Origin: a virus
DNA: 64,000 nt
IMG/VR virus record: IMGVR_UViG_3300032223_002232
Location: 1 to 64,000 of that record
Reading direction: 5' to 3' (one strand)
Positions 15,950 to 25,668 of the stretch are shown here, in pieces (the first letter of the stretch is position 1; each line of letters starts with the position of its first letter). Made by a program: the position numbers and the translations under genes. Under the pieces are notes generated by a model. That model made no database searches. It was given only the letters and a program-made list of their open reading frames with translations, and was not told where the DNA came from.

Positions 15950-18291
15950 GATTCTTTTCTTTCATCAGCTTTATAGAATAAAAATCTATCGTGTTCTGTT
16001 GGTGTTGCTAACAATATACCGGGATATATATTACCCTTTAATGTTTCTTGATAGATATAAGACATCCATGTTTGTTCAAATGGGTGCGCCCATTTAGTAG
16101 TTAAAAACATCTTCTTATTACCTTCCTTAGATACAACTTGAGGCCAGTTACAATAATAAATTTCACCTGTCGCATAAGGTATACCCTTATATGATTTAAT
16201 ATTATTATATTTTAGGAATGGTTCGTTGTTAGTATCATTGGTTGATTTTCTTGGCTTTTCTGGAAAAAACTTTTCCCTAACATCTTGTGGTATATTATGC
16301 CAAGACCATTGTCTTGTATTATCACCAAATAATTCACTAAAGTTGAATTTTAAAAAGTCAAAGTCTTCATTCCATGCAATATTGAGTATTGTGTTATATA
16401 GATCAGGTATCTTTCTTCTGAATCCATTTTTACAATATTCTTCATTACCAAAATAAAAGAACATATCATCTTCAAAGAACATATGATAATCAAAACCATT
16501 TTCCTCTGCATGTTCTGCTATAAATTGTCTACCACCACAGATGCCAAGATTATCTTTCATCTTTAAATGTGTGAAACCGTAGTATTCACATAGACTTTTA
16601 TACTCACTATAAGTTCCACTGTCAGTTGAATTATCTATTAAAAACTTTTTTGGTTTATCTAAAAAGTTATTATCATATTCTTTAAATGATCTACATAGTT
16701 TTGAGAACTGTTCTGGGAAATTAAACGTCAATACATATAATGCCACATTATCTGTATTATGTGAATTTATTTCACCCCTGCCATTAAGAGTTTTTTCCAT
16801 CTTAGGTTCTAATGATTTATTCTTTAAATTTTCAAAGAATAAACTTAATAACCCATTACCATCAATTTCAAAGTATTGGAATAATTCAGGATACTTGTAA
16901 AGCATTAAAGTGAATAAACTCTCCTCAGTCCCCATATAACCGTTTTTAAGGGAATCTGACATCAAACTATAGTAAACCTCATTAGCCTTTGATATAGAGG
17001 CTTTAGGACCACCAAAAATGCCACCTCTGGCAACTTTGTTAACATTAGCACCAGCATATGAGCACATGGCATTATATTCAAACCCATGAATCTCTTTATC
17101 TGTTTCATATGGAAAACACACGAAACTAAACTTCTTGAAATAATCTTTAATATTATCAATTACATTATCTTTCCAGAAATAACCTTCGTGAACTGTATTA
17201 GTTAATGCGCCATCAATCCAAACTAAATGACTTGAATCAAACGGATCTAGTATTGCCGCATCGTTCAATAAGAACATTTTAGACATAACCAATGGATTAT
17301 ACATCTCAAGCTTCGCTTGTGTGCTTTCGGTTAACCAACCAACTTGGTTGTACCATTCTGGATTATTTCTTATTTTCTGAATATCATTGTAAAATTCATT
17401 ACCCTTAAACCAATCAAGTTCTCTTACTAATATTGATGTATTTGTTAATGATCTATGTTGTAATACAAAATCTTTATATTGTTCTTCAATATAAATTATC
17501 ATATTGCAATCAGTTTTCATTAACTTGGCTAAATTATCAAGATAATGTTCAAATGATCTCTTCCAACCTTCAGTCAATTCGTTTCTTTTAATATCCCATA
17601 TACCAGTAACTATGGTTGTTTCATTTTTCTTTGTCTTAAATGTTTTAATATTTTCAACGGATGCATTTTTTCTATAAAGACCTAATTGATCACATATCTC
17701 AACTACATCATATTCAAGACCTTTCTGTTTAAGAAAATCTGAAATAGCTGCTCTGACTCCGGGTAAGTCGTGCCTATCGTAATCATGAAAGAATATATAA
17801 CCGCCATCTACAACCTTATCAAATACTTTGACTAGACTATCGTAGATTGAATCATAAAAATCACCATCTAAAAATGCAAATGATATTTTTTCTGGTATTT
17901 TATATTCTGGTATATCTTTGAACCAATCTTTATGTATTATAGGTAAAGGTAAATTATTTTGTTTAAAATTTGAAATTAAAACATCTTCTGTTGTTTTTAA
18001 AGTCCCAGCCCTCCAGCCACTATCCTTTTCCCAATTTGATAATTCTGGTAAACCATCAAATGAATCATAAACATACAACTTTTTATTTGATCCAGTTTCA
18101 GTTATAGTCTTCATTAGATATTTGCTGGATTCGCCAACATAACATCCAAGTTCTACTACATCACCCTCAATATTATTATCAATTACATCTAGTAATGATC
18201 TCACAAGAACTTCAACCTGTGATCCACATATAATAGAAGAATCTACTCTTATATTGTTAAAATTTAAAATTTCGTTTAACTTAGTATTCAT
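15946..18291 (-). CDS. Fusion: TylF/MycF-type sugar O-methyltransferase + HtrL/YibB-like domain + GT-A domain
   Basis: GDVVELGCYVG, YDSFDGLP, FLDGDFYDS, FHDY; TTIVTGIWDI, SKMFLL, VWIDG, MGTEE; IDNS, NLGICGGRQ, FFEDDM. Confidence 0.8.
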   Translation of the reverse strand: MNTKLNEILNFNNIRVDSSIICGSQVEVLVRSLLDVIDNNIEGDVVELGCYVGESSKYLMKTITETGSNKKLYVYDSFDGLPELSNWEKDSGWRAGTLKTTEDVLISNFKQNNLPLPIIHKDWFKDIPEYKIPEKISFAFLDGDFYDSIYDSLVKVFDKVVDGGYIFFHDYDRHDLPGVRAAISDFLKQKGLEYDVVEICDQLGLYRKNASVENIKTFKTKKNETTIVTGIWDIKRNELTEGWKRSFEHYLDNLAKLMKTDCNMIIYIEEQYKDFVLQHRSLTNTSILVRELDWFKGNEFYNDIQKIRNNPEWYNQVGWLTESTQAKLEMYNPLVMSKMFLLNDAAILDPFDSSHLVWIDGALTNTVHEGYFWKDNVIDNIKDYFKKFSFVCFPYETDKEIHGFEYNAMCSYAGANVNKVARGGIFGGPKASISKANEVYYSLMSDSLKNGYMGTEESLFTLMLYKYPELFQYFEIDGNGLLSLFFENLKNKSLEPKMEKTLNGRGEINSHNTDNVALYVLTFNFPEQFSKLCRSFKEYDNNFLDKPKKFLIDNSTDSGTYSEYKSLCEYYGFTHLKMKDNLGICGGRQFIAEHAEENGFDYHMFFEDDMFFYFGNEEYCKNGFRRKIPDLYNTILNIAWNEDFDFLKFNFSELFGDNTRQWSWHNIPQDVREKFFPEKPRKSTNDTNNEPFLKYNNIKSYKGIPYATGEIYYCNWPQVVSKEGNKKMFLTTKWAHPFEQTWMSYIYQETLKGNIYPGILLATPTEHDRFLFYKADERKES

Positions 18292-18294
18292 ATA

Positions 18295-19827
18295 TTACAG
18301 ATAACCTTTAGCATAAAATTCATTGTTATTATCATCTACATTTTCAGATCTATAAATACCACAACCAGAAACCTCATTTGGTATAACGTGCAATATTGGA
18401 AATGAATGAACTCTTGATTCAAAATTATCTTCTTTGTAATAATTCATAACAATTTTTGATATGTTATATTTTCCTAAATATGATGAAATTACAATATCGT
18501 CACTCCATGATTTATTAACAAAATCTGTAAAGAAATCATCATTAAAGAACTTTCTCTTATAAGATGCTGATTTATAACCTTCTATTATTTTAACTCTTGT
18601 ATCTTTAGACATGGTAGCACATAAATGACAAGATCCGTCTAATGCACCAATGCCAGCAAATCCCAAAGCTGTATCGGGGTAAATTGTTTGCTTCTTTAAG
18701 TGATACTCAATAAATCCATCTTCGTATATTAAATCATCATCAACAGTTATTATAGTTGTCTCTGGATCAGAGATTCTTTTAATAGTGGGAGCAATTTTTG
18801 TAATTGAACCGTAATCATGACATCTAAAAATTTTAAGTTTATCGTTTTCTTTAACGTAATCGTTTAACCAATCTGGTATTACATACTCTTCACTAGTTTT
18901 ATGATTTATATATGGTATATTAAAATGTATTTCGTAATTAGGGTAACTAAGACTCAATAAGTTCTCTATAACAGGTTTAACACCATGACCATCTCTTTCA
19001 TCACTTAATCTATTTGGGGTTGTGGATAAAGATAATATGACATTCGGAAATTCGGTTAGTTCAAAAGACATATCAATGTCTTTACTATCATCTTTATATT
19101 CAAGTTCTTTTTTAAAATCATATTCTTCGTTATTAGTTTCTACATTAGTAGTGTTGATGAATAATGTTTGGCGACCATTGAATAATGGTATGTAGCCTTC
19201 ATTTATCAGATAAGGTGAAAGTAAATTATCTTTACCACCACCAACAGTATTAAAATCTGTATCATCAATTAATATTAAATGTATATCAGAAAGCTTTTCC
19301 CTTGCAGCTTGAAATGCTTCTAAATGCTTTTCTGCATATTCTGGTGTTCCCACATCCCATCCATCCAGATATAGTATATCAATCTTGCCATCAAAGTCTT
19401 TTAAAAATTGAATACCATCCATTGGTATATTAATATTCAAATTATTAGGCTTTTCTTTACCAATTGATTTATAATAATTTAAAAGATTGCCTACACAAGC
19501 TTCGTTAACATCTACGGTATGAACATCAAATCCACATTCGGTAAAAAATAATGTACTATGACCATCACAACAACAAGCAGGTGACACTAAAGCATTTCTT
19601 TCGCTATCTAAAAAATAATCAATACATTCTTTTTTAAGTTCAAATCTATTTGTACCAATTTCTACAAGTGTTTTGAGATTCAACATCTTTGCAATCTCAA
19701 CCATTTTCCTAATATAGGGTGCTGGTTTTGATCTCTTATTGATATGATCATCAAGTGAAAGATTATCATCATACCAATATTTTTTATCAATTCTAAAATC
19801 AGTTAAAAGTTTATATATTCGTTTCAT
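18295..19827 (-). CDS. Fusion: class I SAM methyltransferase + GT-A glycosyltransferase (start likely 19827)
   Basis: VEIGT, IDILYLDG, ILIDDT; then SLSTTPNR, DYGSITK, ITVDDD, SDDIVIS. Confidence 0.75.
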   Translation of the reverse strand: MKRIYKLLTDFRIDKKYWYDDNLSLDDHINKRSKPAPYIRKMVEIAKMLNLKTLVEIGTNRFELKKECIDYFLDSERNALVSPACCCDGHSTLFFTECGFDVHTVDVNEACVGNLLNYYKSIGKEKPNNLNINIPMDGIQFLKDFDGKIDILYLDGWDVGTPEYAEKHLEAFQAAREKLSDIHLILIDDTDFNTVGGGKDNLLSPYLINEGYIPLFNGRQTLFINTTNVETNNEEYDFKKELEYKDDSKDIDMSFELTEFPNVILSLSTTPNRLSDERDGHGVKPVIENLLSLSYPNYEIHFNIPYINHKTSEEYVIPDWLNDYVKENDKLKIFRCHDYGSITKIAPTIKRISDPETTIITVDDDLIYEDGFIEYHLKKQTIYPDTALGFAGIGALDGSCHLCATMSKDTRVKIIEGYKSASYKRKFFNDDFFTDFVNKSWSDDIVISSYLGKYNISKIVMNYYKEDNFESRVHSFPILHVIPNEVSGCGIYRSENVDDNNNEFYAKGYL

Positions 19828-19828
19828 T

Positions 19829-20620
19829 TTAACTTTCCGTTGGATGTCCGATTTTATGACCATTTGCTGTAATAGCTTTACCTAAAATGAAGTGATTCCA
19901 ACCTATATCATGCGGTTTATAACCTGCTACAAAGCCAGATACACCAATTTCAAATCCTTCAGCCCATGTACCATAACAATAACCTTTAGCTATAAGATAA
20001 TCATGAAACCATTTAAATTGATCGTAAAACTTCTTTAACTTTTCACCTGTCTGTAGAAAAACTAACAAATATTCTGCTGGTAATCTCGCATCATCCCAAT
20101 CATGGTTTTCTATATCCAAATCATAATTGAATATTTTATGCCAAAAAATACCATGCTCTTTATTATTCTTAGTTTTATAATCATCCAAGAATCCACGCCA
20201 TGTATATGTCATTCTAGGTCCAAGGAAATCAATACCATCATCAAGCATGTTTTTAAAATATGTTTGAACTTCATCTTCGTCCCACCAATCCAATGAGTTA
20301 TCACAATCAGTCCATATTACATAAGCATCATCCTTATCTAATAATTGTCTTAAACAAAGATACCTCATATTAAAATTAAAATCAGAAATATAACTATCTT
20401 TTGAGTTAAATGGGATTCTAATTTGCAACGAATCTCTGTCAATTTCATCAATCAAAATTCTTTCATTTTCTCCAAAAACGTCAGTTATTGATTTCTTACA
20501 ATCTGTTGTTATTGCAAAATAATGATTTGTTTTTTCTAAAACTTCTTTTATAAGTTTACAAGCATAATCTTTAGTGTAATTTTCACCTAAACTTAATGTT
20601 GTAAAATAGATTTTTTTCAT
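19829..20620 (-). CDS. Putative GT-A glycosyltransferase
   Basis: FTTLSLG..Y N-terminus, ITTD and a DxD motif (WTDCD); lies within the GT cluster; TAAATA at 20627-20632. Confidence 0.6.
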   Translation of the reverse strand: MKKIYFTTLSLGENYTKDYACKLIKEVLEKTNHYFAITTDCKKSITDVFGENERILIDEIDRDSLQIRIPFNSKDSYISDFNFNMRYLCLRQLLDKDDAYVIWTDCDNSLDWWDEDEVQTYFKNMLDDGIDFLGPRMTYTWRGFLDDYKTKNNKEHGIFWHKIFNYDLDIENHDWDDARLPAEYLLVFLQTGEKLKKFYDQFKWFHDYLIAKGYCYGTWAEGFEIGVSGFVAGYKPHDIGWNHFILGKAITANGHKIGHPTES

Positions 20621-20629
20621 ATGATATAT

Positions 20630-22171
20630 TTAGAAAGATAGCTTATTTATCAAATCTAAATCTTTAAATATTTTGAATAAAAGATTACAATTTGCATTTA
20701 TAGAACCATTTTCTATATACCAATTATAACCGTTATTTGATACAAAGTCCAATAGTTCGTCATTTTTTATTATTTCATCATATTTGTTTTTTATGATATT
20801 CATTTGTAATATTGGATCTAGATCAATTTCAAACCCAATGTAATGGTAATCTTGTATAAGACTGTTATAAAATTTTTGATTAAGTATCGGTCTAAATAAT
20901 ACAGAACCAGCTGCTAAAATTTCTATATCTCTATTGCAAATCTCACCAGCACCATTTAAAGATAAGCAAATTTTACTTTCTGTCAACTCTTTATAATAAT
21001 TTGAATTTGGAAATACTTTCTTATCTGTAATATTAAAAACTCCTAATTGCGAAAGGTCTAATCTTTGCCCATATAAATAACCTCGGAATATCAATTCTTC
21101 ATTTGTTTTTTCACTGAATGGTAATCTGTTTTTAGCTAAATCATCAAATTCTGACGAATAAGCCAAATATGAAAATGGTATAGTTTCCATATCATTATAG
21201 ACACCAGCGGATGTTATTATACCTACGAGGTTTTCTGTATCCCAACCTAAACCTTTATATAGTAATTCCTCGGCTCTATCCCAATAAGAAATTGCTACAT
21301 ACTTCTTTGTATGTTTATTTCTAATCGTCATTATATGAGGTGAATGTATTCCAGCAGGTTCATGTACATTAATAGGTGTTATGTACTTTACGTTATGTTC
21401 TTTAGAGAAAATCTTATAGAATTCATCAAAAACAATGGTAACAGACCATTTAGTACCATGTGGTTTTTGGTATGTTATTTCATAATCGTGATTTTCGGGT
21501 GGTTTTGGTTTGGCTTTTATACTTTTTAGATTATGGATTATATCCATTAACTTAGCATCTTTAATCCTGTCATTATCAACTTTACATCTATAATGATAAT
21601 GTTCTGAATCAATTAATGTGGGGTCTTCTAAATGATGATCACCACATTCAAATCTAAATCCTTCTGATAAACTTATATTAATGTTATTTAAAATATCCGC
21701 AACGGCAACATCATCGGGTAAATTGAAATTCCATAATGTTTCATTATCTACTATATATTCTACTAAATCTCTACTAAGTGTATATCCACACCCTGACCCA
21801 AAATGAATATCTTCATGTCTTTGTCCTAACATGGCACTATAGTAACCTTTAAGTGGTTTATCTTTTAAGAAGTTTATTAAATTCTCAATCTTTACATATG
21901 ATGATGAATTAGTCCTAAAAACAAAATCAAAATCAAAATTTTCTTTAATGTATTTAAACATCAAATATGTTTTATTATTAATTTGACTCCACCCCTCACC
22001 AGTTGGGAAAAATAAACGATCTCCTTCTGATATCTTATCTAAACTCCCATAATAAAATACTACATCAATTCCAGCATTTTTAGCATCTATAAGCCATGTT
22101 TCTCTAATTTTATTTTCTAAAGTTATATAAGGCTCTTGATCTAACGATAAAACCGAAATTAAAATCTTCAT
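20630..22171 (-). CDS. Two-domain glycosyltransferase: GT31-like N-terminal domain + GT-B-like C-terminal domain
   Basis: IRETW, FVFRTNSSSY, FGSGCGYTLSRD, PDDVAV; C-terminal FRG, SKICLSLNG.GE.CNRDIE. Confidence 0.7.
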   Translation of the reverse strand: MKILISVLSLDQEPYITLENKIRETWLIDAKNAGIDVVFYYGSLDKISEGDRLFFPTGEGWSQINNKTYLMFKYIKENFDFDFVFRTNSSSYVKIENLINFLKDKPLKGYYSAMLGQRHEDIHFGSGCGYTLSRDLVEYIVDNETLWNFNLPDDVAVADILNNINISLSEGFRFECGDHHLEDPTLIDSEHYHYRCKVDNDRIKDAKLMDIIHNLKSIKAKPKPPENHDYEITYQKPHGTKWSVTIVFDEFYKIFSKEHNVKYITPINVHEPAGIHSPHIMTIRNKHTKKYVAISYWDRAEELLYKGLGWDTENLVGIITSAGVYNDMETIPFSYLAYSSEFDDLAKNRLPFSEKTNEELIFRGYLYGQRLDLSQLGVFNITDKKVFPNSNYYKELTESKICLSLNGAGEICNRDIEILAAGSVLFRPILNQKFYNSLIQDYHYIGFEIDLDPILQMNIIKNKYDEIIKNDELLDFVSNNGYNWYIENGSINANCNLLFKIFKDLDLINKLSF

Positions 22172-22180
22172 AACTAAAAC

Positions 22181-23065
22181 TTACATCATTATGATGTTTT
22201 TAATGTCGTTTGCTAATTTATTTTTAGTTTCTAAATACCAAGTAATAACTTTATTCTGTAATGCTGAATAATCTGAATCACTCATTTCACTGTAGTTTTT
22301 TATTTCACTCCAAGATTCAACTATAGGTATAGGATGACCCTCACCCCAAATCTCATTTATATATTTTTCGCCAACTTCGGGATAGTTTCTTAAAATTGGT
22401 ATTGCTCCCCATTCTAAACATTCCATAAGTCTAAATGAATCTGGATGATTAAACCCCTTTGGGCATGGAGCGAATCTAGTTTTTTTGTAAATCTCAATAC
22501 ATTCAGATGTTGATAAAGCTGTTGTGCAGTTCCAACCATGTGTTTTATGTAAGAATATTTTTTCTGGATTTAAAGCCATCATATGTATGAAAACATCATT
22601 TCTATCAGCTTTAGGGCATCCTATAAATGAAAAATCATATTTCTTATTATAAGAATTTGAATAATCATTGTTATTATTTAAATAACCACTCTTTACACCT
22701 AGTGGTAAAGTTTTAACATTAGTTTGTGTTATTAATGGATCATAATAATTTCTAAAAACATATTTAGCTTTAGAATAATAACTACAATCATGATTCAAAT
22801 CTTCGTTTGAATATTGTAAAAGAAAGAAATTATATCCCCTCTTTTCATATTCATTTAAATAGTTAAGAAAGTCATTTGATTGCCCACGATTATTATTTGA
22901 ATATATAATCAGTGCATTATCTAATATTGTTGAATATGTTTTATTATCAAATATCCTATTTTGATTAAATTCTTTAAATAAGATATCTACAGTATAATCA
23001 AACTCAAATGTTGTTTGGTCACCATCTAAGGTTTGCCATATCATGTTTAAAACTGGTTTATCCAT
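22181..23065 (-). CDS. Exostosin-like (GT47-like) glycosyltransferase
   Basis: YDFSFIG and FAPCPKG....DSFRLMECLEWGAIPI. Confidence 0.75.
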   Translation of the reverse strand: MDKPVLNMIWQTLDGDQTTFEFDYTVDILFKEFNQNRIFDNKTYSTILDNALIIYSNNNRGQSNDFLNYLNEYEKRGYNFFLLQYSNEDLNHDCSYYSKAKYVFRNYYDPLITQTNVKTLPLGVKSGYLNNNNDYSNSYNKKYDFSFIGCPKADRNDVFIHMMALNPEKIFLHKTHGWNCTTALSTSECIEIYKKTRFAPCPKGFNHPDSFRLMECLEWGAIPILRNYPEVGEKYINEIWGEGHPIPIVESWSEIKNYSEMSDSDYSALQNKVITWYLETKNKLANDIKNIIMM

Positions 23066-23066
23066 T

Positions 23067-24320
23067 TTAAAACTTAGGTAGTTTTCCAGTTAATCTTTCA
23101 CACCAACCTTTTGATTTAGAATGAGGCCATACAACCCAATAATCAGGTTTAACTTCTGTTTGGAATTCTAGGAATATCTTACAGTATTTGTCTGGATCAT
23201 TGAAATAATTTTTAATTTCATCTTCAGTTGAATCTTTTCTATATAATGTATCATTATTTTCCGAATGCATAGCAACAGCCCAAAAATCATAATCTTTTTC
23301 TGGTACGCTATCATAGCTAATATCAATACAATGTTTAAATATCTTCAAGAATGATTTATCATATTCATCGGGATCGTTATATGTAGGATTTGGTGCTAAA
23401 TTATTATCTAATGTATATCGTTGAACACTTCTATCTTTAAAACGTAAACCAGAATATGCTTCATATTCTTGTAATGTTCTTTTCTTACCAAACCCATAAA
23501 TTCCAAAATCTGTAGCTGGTGTTTCAGCATCCATACCAAAAAGTTTTCTGTTTTTAGCATGACACTTATTGTTTCTATCACACCATTTTTTGTCATCATC
23601 CCACTGTTTAGTTCTACCCTTTCTGGTATATTCATGCCAAGCCACAACTTTGTGTGGATGGAATAAATCATAACCCCATGTATAAGCTCTAGCTGCTATA
23701 GATATTTCCTCACCGTGAAAATAATATTCAGGATCATGTGGAACTTCTTTACAGAATTTACCTAAAGTGAAACAAAAATGAGCAGAGTAAAACCTAGCTG
23801 GAATTGGTTGAGTTCTTTCTTTAAAATCATCAATACTTGCTGGTAAAAAGAAAACAGCACCTTCTGGTATAAAACGATCAAAATTCATTTTCCAAGGAAT
23901 TTGAACTCTTGCATCTGGATCGTTATCTGGATCAAAACTAGGAATATAACCTGTAAGTAAAGGCTTTTTATGTCCTTTATCTTTAAGTTGTTTAACCATG
24001 TTGATCAACTCTTCATCCCAATTTTCAATAAATCTGTGATGACTATCAAGTTGCAAAGTATATTCCTCATCATCATACTTTTGTTGAATAGTATTTCTAG
24101 CCCAACATGCACCTTTTGATTCTTGATAAGGTACATCTATAATTTTAAATCTTGGGTCGTCTTTATATTGATCTAAATTTTCATTTTCATCATGTTGCCA
24201 ACAAATACAAAAAACCAAGTTTTCAGGTTTTTTAGCTTTATCTATACAATCTTTAACTGTGATTGGTAACTGTGGATCTCTATAAGATGCTATTTGTATA
24301 AATATTTTATTTTTTTTCAT
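23067..24320 (-). CDS. GT60-like polypeptide alpha-GlcNAc transferase (Gnt1/OGNT family)
   Basis: IFIQIASYRD, SKGACWAR, LQLDSHHRF (DSH motif), FHGEEI, GYDLF and WHEY. Confidence 0.85.
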   Translation of the reverse strand: MKKNKIFIQIASYRDPQLPITVKDCIDKAKKPENLVFCICWQHDENENLDQYKDDPRFKIIDVPYQESKGACWARNTIQQKYDDEEYTLQLDSHHRFIENWDEELINMVKQLKDKGHKKPLLTGYIPSFDPDNDPDARVQIPWKMNFDRFIPEGAVFFLPASIDDFKERTQPIPARFYSAHFCFTLGKFCKEVPHDPEYYFHGEEISIAARAYTWGYDLFHPHKVVAWHEYTRKGRTKQWDDDKKWCDRNNKCHAKNRKLFGMDAETPATDFGIYGFGKKRTLQEYEAYSGLRFKDRSVQRYTLDNNLAPNPTYNDPDEYDKSFLKIFKHCIDISYDSVPEKDYDFWAVAMHSENNDTLYRKDSTEDEIKNYFNDPDKYCKIFLEFQTEVKPDYWVVWPHSKSKGWCERLTGKLPKF

Positions 24321-24778
24321 AATTCAATCATTGATAATAAATAATTTGCTTTATTGATTCTGGAAATAATATCTTCCTTAGTATTGTTTATGCCAGACTT
24401 TACGTTATTTACATAGTTATTAAACTCTAATGAGGTTAACATATCTTTGATTATGTTTGCAAGATTATAATAATAGTCAATAATAACTTGATTGTTTTGA
24501 TACATCTCAATATGTTCTAATTGAACTCCACTAATATTAAATGATGGGAATGGTACACTATACTCTTTAGATGTACCAATAATCTCTTCTTGAAGCTTAT
24601 CAAATAAATCTGTTAAATCATCATATAGATCACCTAAAATTACATGAACATTATGATCTAATACATACCAATGTAACATTTTTATTGTTGATGTTGCTTT
24701 ATTTAAAATGATACCAAATACTCTTGTTGGATCAAGAGAACTTTGTATCGCTGTTGTTGTTATGACTTCTATTTCCAT
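24317..24778 (-). CDS. Ferritin/Dps-like four-helix protein
   Basis: LHW......H..LGDLY......DKL.EE pattern and C-terminal NK..YLL. Confidence 0.7.
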   Translation of the reverse strand: MEIEVITTTAIQSSLDPTRVFGIILNKATSTIKMLHWYVLDHNVHVILGDLYDDLTDLFDKLQEEIIGTSKEYSVPFPSFNISGVQLEHIEMYQNNQVIIDYYYNLANIIKDMLTSLEFNNYVNNVKSGINNTKEDIISRINKANYLLSMIEL

Positions 24779-24781
24779 ATT

Positions 24782-25261
24782 TTAAATTTTTTTATAATAT
24801 TCGGTTCTAACTATATACTCACCTAATGTTATTTCATTACTGCTTAAAAACATGTGATTACTTTTTCTATCTATTGTAGGTTTAGATTCAGTGATTATGT
24901 TATTTTCAAATTCCTTGTTTTCTTTTGTATCTGGTAATGGGTAATCTGGTACATCTTCAAATTTCGAAACCGTTACATATCTATTTTCATAATTTAATGA
25001 TGCTTTAAAACCACACTTTATATAAAAGTTTTTAAGGTTCTCTAAATATGAAATTTCATCTTTAAAGAAGATTTTCCAAAATTTAATTGGAAATAAAATA
25101 TTTAATGCTTGTTTTCTTTTAGAACATTGTGTACATGGTTTATCTTTGCCAGTTAAGAGTATAACTAGCCATGATAATGATTTTGAATGAATAATTGATG
25201 CAAATAAATCACCAATTCCAACGGCATATCTTATATTTAAATCTGGGTTTTTATGATTCAT
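24782..25261 (-). CDS. Hypothetical protein with GIGD...CxxC..RK..LN motif
   Basis: 159-aa ORF in operon. Confidence 0.75.
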   Translation of the reverse strand: MNHKNPDLNIRYAVGIGDLFASIIHSKSLSWLVILLTGKDKPCTQCSKRKQALNILFPIKFWKIFFKDEISYLENLKNFYIKCGFKASLNYENRYVTVSKFEDVPDYPLPDTKENKEFENNIITESKPTIDRKSNHMFLSSNEITLGEYIVRTEYYKKI

Positions 25262-25649
25262 TTTGCTCTAAATAAAATTTACGATGTTTTTCATATAAGT
25301 CAACAGCGTGAATTATGGTTTTTGCCATTTTATCAAATTCGGGTAAAAGTGAACTAGTCTTATATGATAAAAGATATAATTGTTTTATTACATTTATAAC
25401 TTGTAAATCTATTGGATAATCTTTATAAATAGTCTTAAACAAAGTATCTTGTAATTCCTTTTCAGTTACAGTATATGGCTTTTCATTTAAGCTAACCATT
25501 TGACCATCATAATCACCTTCCCAACGCCATTTGGTAAGGTCAGATTTATCTTGTGGTATTTCTTTTTTTAAAATGGATTTATTTAAATGTTCTGGAATGT
25601 CATCACTGAAACCAATAAATGATTTTTGTAGATTAAATAATGCAAACAT
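25251..25649 (-). CDS. Hypothetical protein, possibly a fibre-assembly chaperone
   Basis: Follows fibre genes; extended -10 TGCTATAAT (25656-25664) ends 6 nt before the ATG. Confidence 0.7.
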   Translation of the reverse strand: MFALFNLQKSFIGFSDDIPEHLNKSILKKEIPQDKSDLTKWRWEGDYDGQMVSLNEKPYTVTEKELQDTLFKTIYKDYPIDLQVINVIKQLYLLSYKTSSLLPEFDKMAKTIIHAVDLYEKHRKFYLEQNES

Positions 25650-25668
25650 GAAACCATTATAGCATAGT

